From the NCBI GenBank assembly GCA_963770935.1, contig CAVYRJ010000006.1:1-29372 (forward strand): a DNA stretch of 29,372 nt, in the 5' to 3' direction. Numbering within the stretch: the stretch's first letter is position 1; every line of letters starts with the position of its first letter. This document shows, piece after piece, positions 27,894 through 29,372 of this stretch. The position numbers were made by a program, and so were the translations under genes. This stretch comes from Candidatus Bathyarchaeota archaeon (GTDB taxonomy: Archaea; Thermoproteota; Bathyarchaeia; Bathyarchaeales; Bathycorpusculaceae). The notes beneath the pieces are model-generated. The model was not told the DNA's origin and did not search any database. It saw nothing but the letters and a program-made list of their open reading frames with translations.

Positions 27894-29292
27894 ATGAAAT
27901 TTACTTGGAAGTTACCAATTGTTATTTTGCTGGCTACTTTTGTCTTTCTGCCTAGCGTTTACTTTTCTCTTTTGAATGACAACACTGCTACTTCTACTGA
28001 AGACGCCCCTTTTTTCGGAGTTACTTTCGGCGGAAACACCACTAGCGCAGCGAAGATTCTGATAGATAAGGTAAAGGGATACACCAACCTCTTTGTCGTT
28101 GATAACTGGGATGTAGGAATGAATGAAACACTCCTTACCGATATATGTGACTACGCCGTAGCTGCAGGTTTGCACATCATGGTTTATTTCGATTTCCTTC
28201 TATACCCCTATAACGGCTCTGTCGCGGGGATCTATAACTCAACATGGAATGCTTACGGACTTAAGATGTTCCACATTGAATGGTTAAACAGCACAGAGGA
28301 AAGATGGGGAGACAAGTTCCTGGGCGTTTATCTTGCAGATGAGCCAGGGGGAAACCAGATTGATTCTGGATACTGGACTGGAGACTTAACGACTCTTTCA
28401 GGGAGACCTAACACTGCATTTGCGAATGTTTCCAGTTACAGTGATGCAGCAGATCGTCACGTTCGCCTCATTCGTCGCGGTAGCGGCATGAATTGGTTGA
28501 TTAACAGTAGCTATGCTGGGTCAATTCCCAACGCTACAGGCAGAAGCATACAAGTTTTTACAGCTGATAATGCGCTTTACTGGTGGGATTATTTAGCTGG
28601 TATGATGTGTGTGTTTGCTGAGTTGGGTTGGAATCATAATGAGGCTCAGCATATTGGGTTGTGTCGGGGAGCTGCTAATGTTCAGGGTAAAGATTGGGGC
28701 GCTATAATAACGTGGGCAACTAATGATCCGCCGTATATGCAAGTGGAAGTCAGATGCTTGAGCAACTAAACACTGCGTATTCTGCTGGAGCCCAATATCT
28801 AATAGTTTTCAACTATCCCCAGATTAATCCATATGGAGCTTTAACAGATCAACACTTCTGGCAATCGAGGCTTTTTGGGATGAATTGCGTTCTTGTCCAA
28901 GAAATCGTTTGTTAAGGCTGATTTTGCGTTGGTGCTTCCTAACGGGTTCTGGTTGGGGTATCCGGCAGGCTAATGATAGGATTTGGGGTCTTTGGGAAGC
29001 TGATAATTTAGCTCCACAAATTGGAAAAAAAATCGCTTCTTTGATTGAGCAGTACGGATTTCATTGCGATATAATCTATGATGATCCTGCCTTTAGCTAT
29101 AGAAAAATACTACTAGACTATCTACTACTGGAATGCAACAACCACCCAGTCACCCACGCCATTTTTTCAATATGTCCGCGCCCTCCCTGTCACAACCTCA
29201 ATTGCAGTTGTCTTGTCAACGTTATCCTATCTTCGCTATTAAAAACAAAAAACGCCGCTAACCAACCCATATTTATAGTCCCAAGAAGTTAG
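27894..29292 (+). CDS. Membrane-anchored glycoside-hydrolase-like hypothetical protein (paralog of 5652-6785), heavily frameshifted in its 3' half
   Basis: FFGVT, DEPGG, FTADNALYWWDY, FAELGWN, LCRGAA, WGAIITW. Alternate frames give AGAQYLIVFNYPQINPYG and GWGIRQANDRIWGLW. True end uncertain. Confidence 0.75.
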
Positions 29293-29372
29293 TGAGTCAT
29301 TCTTTCATCAGTTTCCTCATTTTTCGTTAAACCTTAACTTCAAGATAAGCAAGAGTAAAGGCTGATTGCGAT

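Noticed and set aside
258-28175. Many short ORFs nested in or antisense to confident genes (for example 954-1277, 4294-4671, 5149-5544, 9389-9643, 12835-13167, 22996-23328)
   Set aside because: Shadow frames of well-supported genes with no motifs of their own

Overview
Archaeal chromosomal window. Gene content and style (TBP, pelota, AK6, NcsA/TtuA, and a paralogous membrane-anchored family) suggest Bathyarchaeia, but this assignment is an inference. The left part holds informational and housekeeping genes (AK6-type adenylate kinase, a degenerate Mrr-like protein, DUF1922, tRNA 2-thiolase, COG2413 nucleotidyltransferase, TBP, pelota), interrupted by an AT-rich two-gene cassette bounded by a 15-bp direct repeat. 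The middle holds a membrane pyrophosphatase with the K+-independent signature and proBA. The main feature is a ~10-kb minus-strand operon in respiratory complex I order (A-B-CD-H-I-J-K-L-M-N). Its fused C/D subunit keeps both [NiFe]-binding CxxC motifs, so it is a group 4 hydrogenase/complex I hybrid. It has an unknown coupled 80-aa leader gene, a small subunit with no canonical start codon (ACG), and a NuoI-like subunit with an inserted loop. The right part holds DUF1622, an oxyanion-type ABC permease and ATPase with no binding protein in the window, a MobB-C-terminal-like mini-ORF, and a second copy of a glycoside-hydrolase-like membrane-anchored family. Many single-base frameshifts, concentrated near the window ends, look like sequencing or assembly indels rather than true pseudogenes. 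No rRNA, tRNA, CRISPR array or transposase was found.
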